Shown here one piece after another: positions 63,035 through 64,000 of a stretch of DNA of 64,000 nucleotides. Numbering within the stretch: position 1 is the stretch's first letter; the number at the start of each line of letters is the position of its first letter. The DNA is taken from positions 133,532 to 197,531 of the forward strand of contig BCKZ01000005.1 of assembly GCA_001600815.1 (NCBI GenBank). The letters run 5' to 3'. Below the pieces are notes generated by a model that searched no databases, was not told where the DNA came from, and saw nothing but the letters and a program-made list of their open reading frames with translations. Source of the DNA: Alloascoidea hylecoeti. Lineage: Eukaryota. The translations under genes and the position numbers were made by a program.

Positions 63035-64000
63035 CTATTGGTACTTGGGTTTATAATAAAAATCCAACTTTGGCCCAGAAGAGGTCTGTTTTTCTTTTCT
63101 CTTTCCCGTTAAGCTTTGTCCGTCTACTCTTTTTTTTATACCTTGTTTCCCCATCATAGCTTCCAATGCTGATATTCCAAAATCGAATACCTTAAGAATT
63201 GAATTTCCTGGATTTAAGCTTCCATAATGAATATCAAGAAATCTATGTGATTGATAGTTTGTTGAAGTATGAAGATAAATCCTTTCTTTTGTAAGTCCAA
63301 TTCTTCTTATACATTTGAATTCAATACTATTTTTAATTTTAAATTCTCCTAATCTGTCTCCATTACTTAACCTGTAAACTTCAAATCTCTGCTTATGGGT
63401 AACAATTTCTGCTGACCTTACATCTGTAAACATAAATGCAATCATATCAGCTCCAAAATTATATGAAAACAGTTCACAAGTCTCATAATTTCCTTTACTT
63501 GGCTTCATGTATAGTGTCCAAGATTTAATTAATTCAGGTTTTTCTTTTTTCAAGCTCCATATATTCATTTTGTTGAACCGTTTAAACATAGTAAAATTAT
63601 ATAGATTACCTTCATAAATCTTGAAAAAAGATGGTGGTACTGGAGTAATAAAAGAGACCGGTTTAATTGTGTTAGAATTTCCAAATTCTACATTTGGTAG
63701 TAGCTTTGGTACAGGTACCTGAATTTCTTTATAGCTTTTAAATCCTTCTCTCAACTTTTTTATATCAACTTCCACAATTACTATAGTTGTTAATCCTTTG
63801 TCTTTATCTTCATATTTCAGAGCAATCTTACTGTACTCAAATTTATTATTCTCTTCAATGGCAATATCAGAAACCATATCAAATTTCTTATTGCCAATTT
63901 TAATTGGTTTTAATTCCAATAATGTTTTATTTGTTTTCCCAGTTTTTAAATCTATTGCAATAAATCCATTTTCTGAACCAGAATATATTAATACTTTATT
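63035..64000 (-). CDS. Unknown protein, 5'-truncated by the window; possible WD40/beta-propeller
   Basis: Frame is open to the window edge (NKVLIYSGSENGFIAIDLKTG...), with beta-strand-rich repeats. No recognisable orthologue. Confidence 0.6.
   Translation of the reverse strand, partial: NKVLIYSGSENGFIAIDLKTGKTNKTLLELKPIKIGNKKFDMVSDIAIEENNKFEYSKIALKYEDKDKGLTTIVIVEVDIKKLREGFKSYKEIQVPVPKLLPNVEFGNSNTIKPVSFITPVPPSFFKIYEGNLYNFTMFKRFNKMNIWSLKKEKPELIKSWTLYMKPSKGNYETCELFSYNFGADMIAFMFTDVRSAEIVTHKQRFEVYRLSNGDRLGEFKIKNSIEFKCIRRIGLTKERIYLHTSTNYQSHRFLDIHYGSLNPGNSILKVFDFGISALEAMMGKQGIKKRVDGQSLTGKRKEKQTSSGPKLDFYYKPKYQ

Overview
AT-rich eukaryotic DNA from a budding yeast. The short spliceosomal introns (49-67 nt, plus two of about 310-330 nt), a WRAP73/Wdr8 homologue, a mitochondrial acyl-CoA dehydrogenase and a Homol-D box suggest an early-diverging Saccharomycotina lineage (inference). 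About 18 intact genes are present: ADH4, DBF4, a WSC sensor, WRAP73/Wdr8-like, MDM34, IML2, two CFEM GPI proteins (one Rbt5/Pga7 hemophore-type, one Ccw14-type), PAH1, IOC3, NET1, a Tag1-like membrane protein, ILV6, RPL13, a Sed1-like wall protein, an acyl-CoA dehydrogenase, MRPL19 and a truncated beta-propeller-like ORF. They are separated by long intergenic islands of decayed transposons (copia, Tc1, pogo/Fot1, Mutator-like) and pseudogenes (aspartic protease, PMA1, F-box/WD40, subtilisin). The most striking structures are two near-perfect kb-scale palindromes, 31793-34172 and 58968-60223, each built from dispersed-repeat or transposon DNA. Both carry mirror-symmetric Ns, so an assembly artefact must be excluded before any biology is claimed. 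All gene identities come from recalled motif similarity, not from database searches. No tRNA, rRNA or CRISPR was seen.
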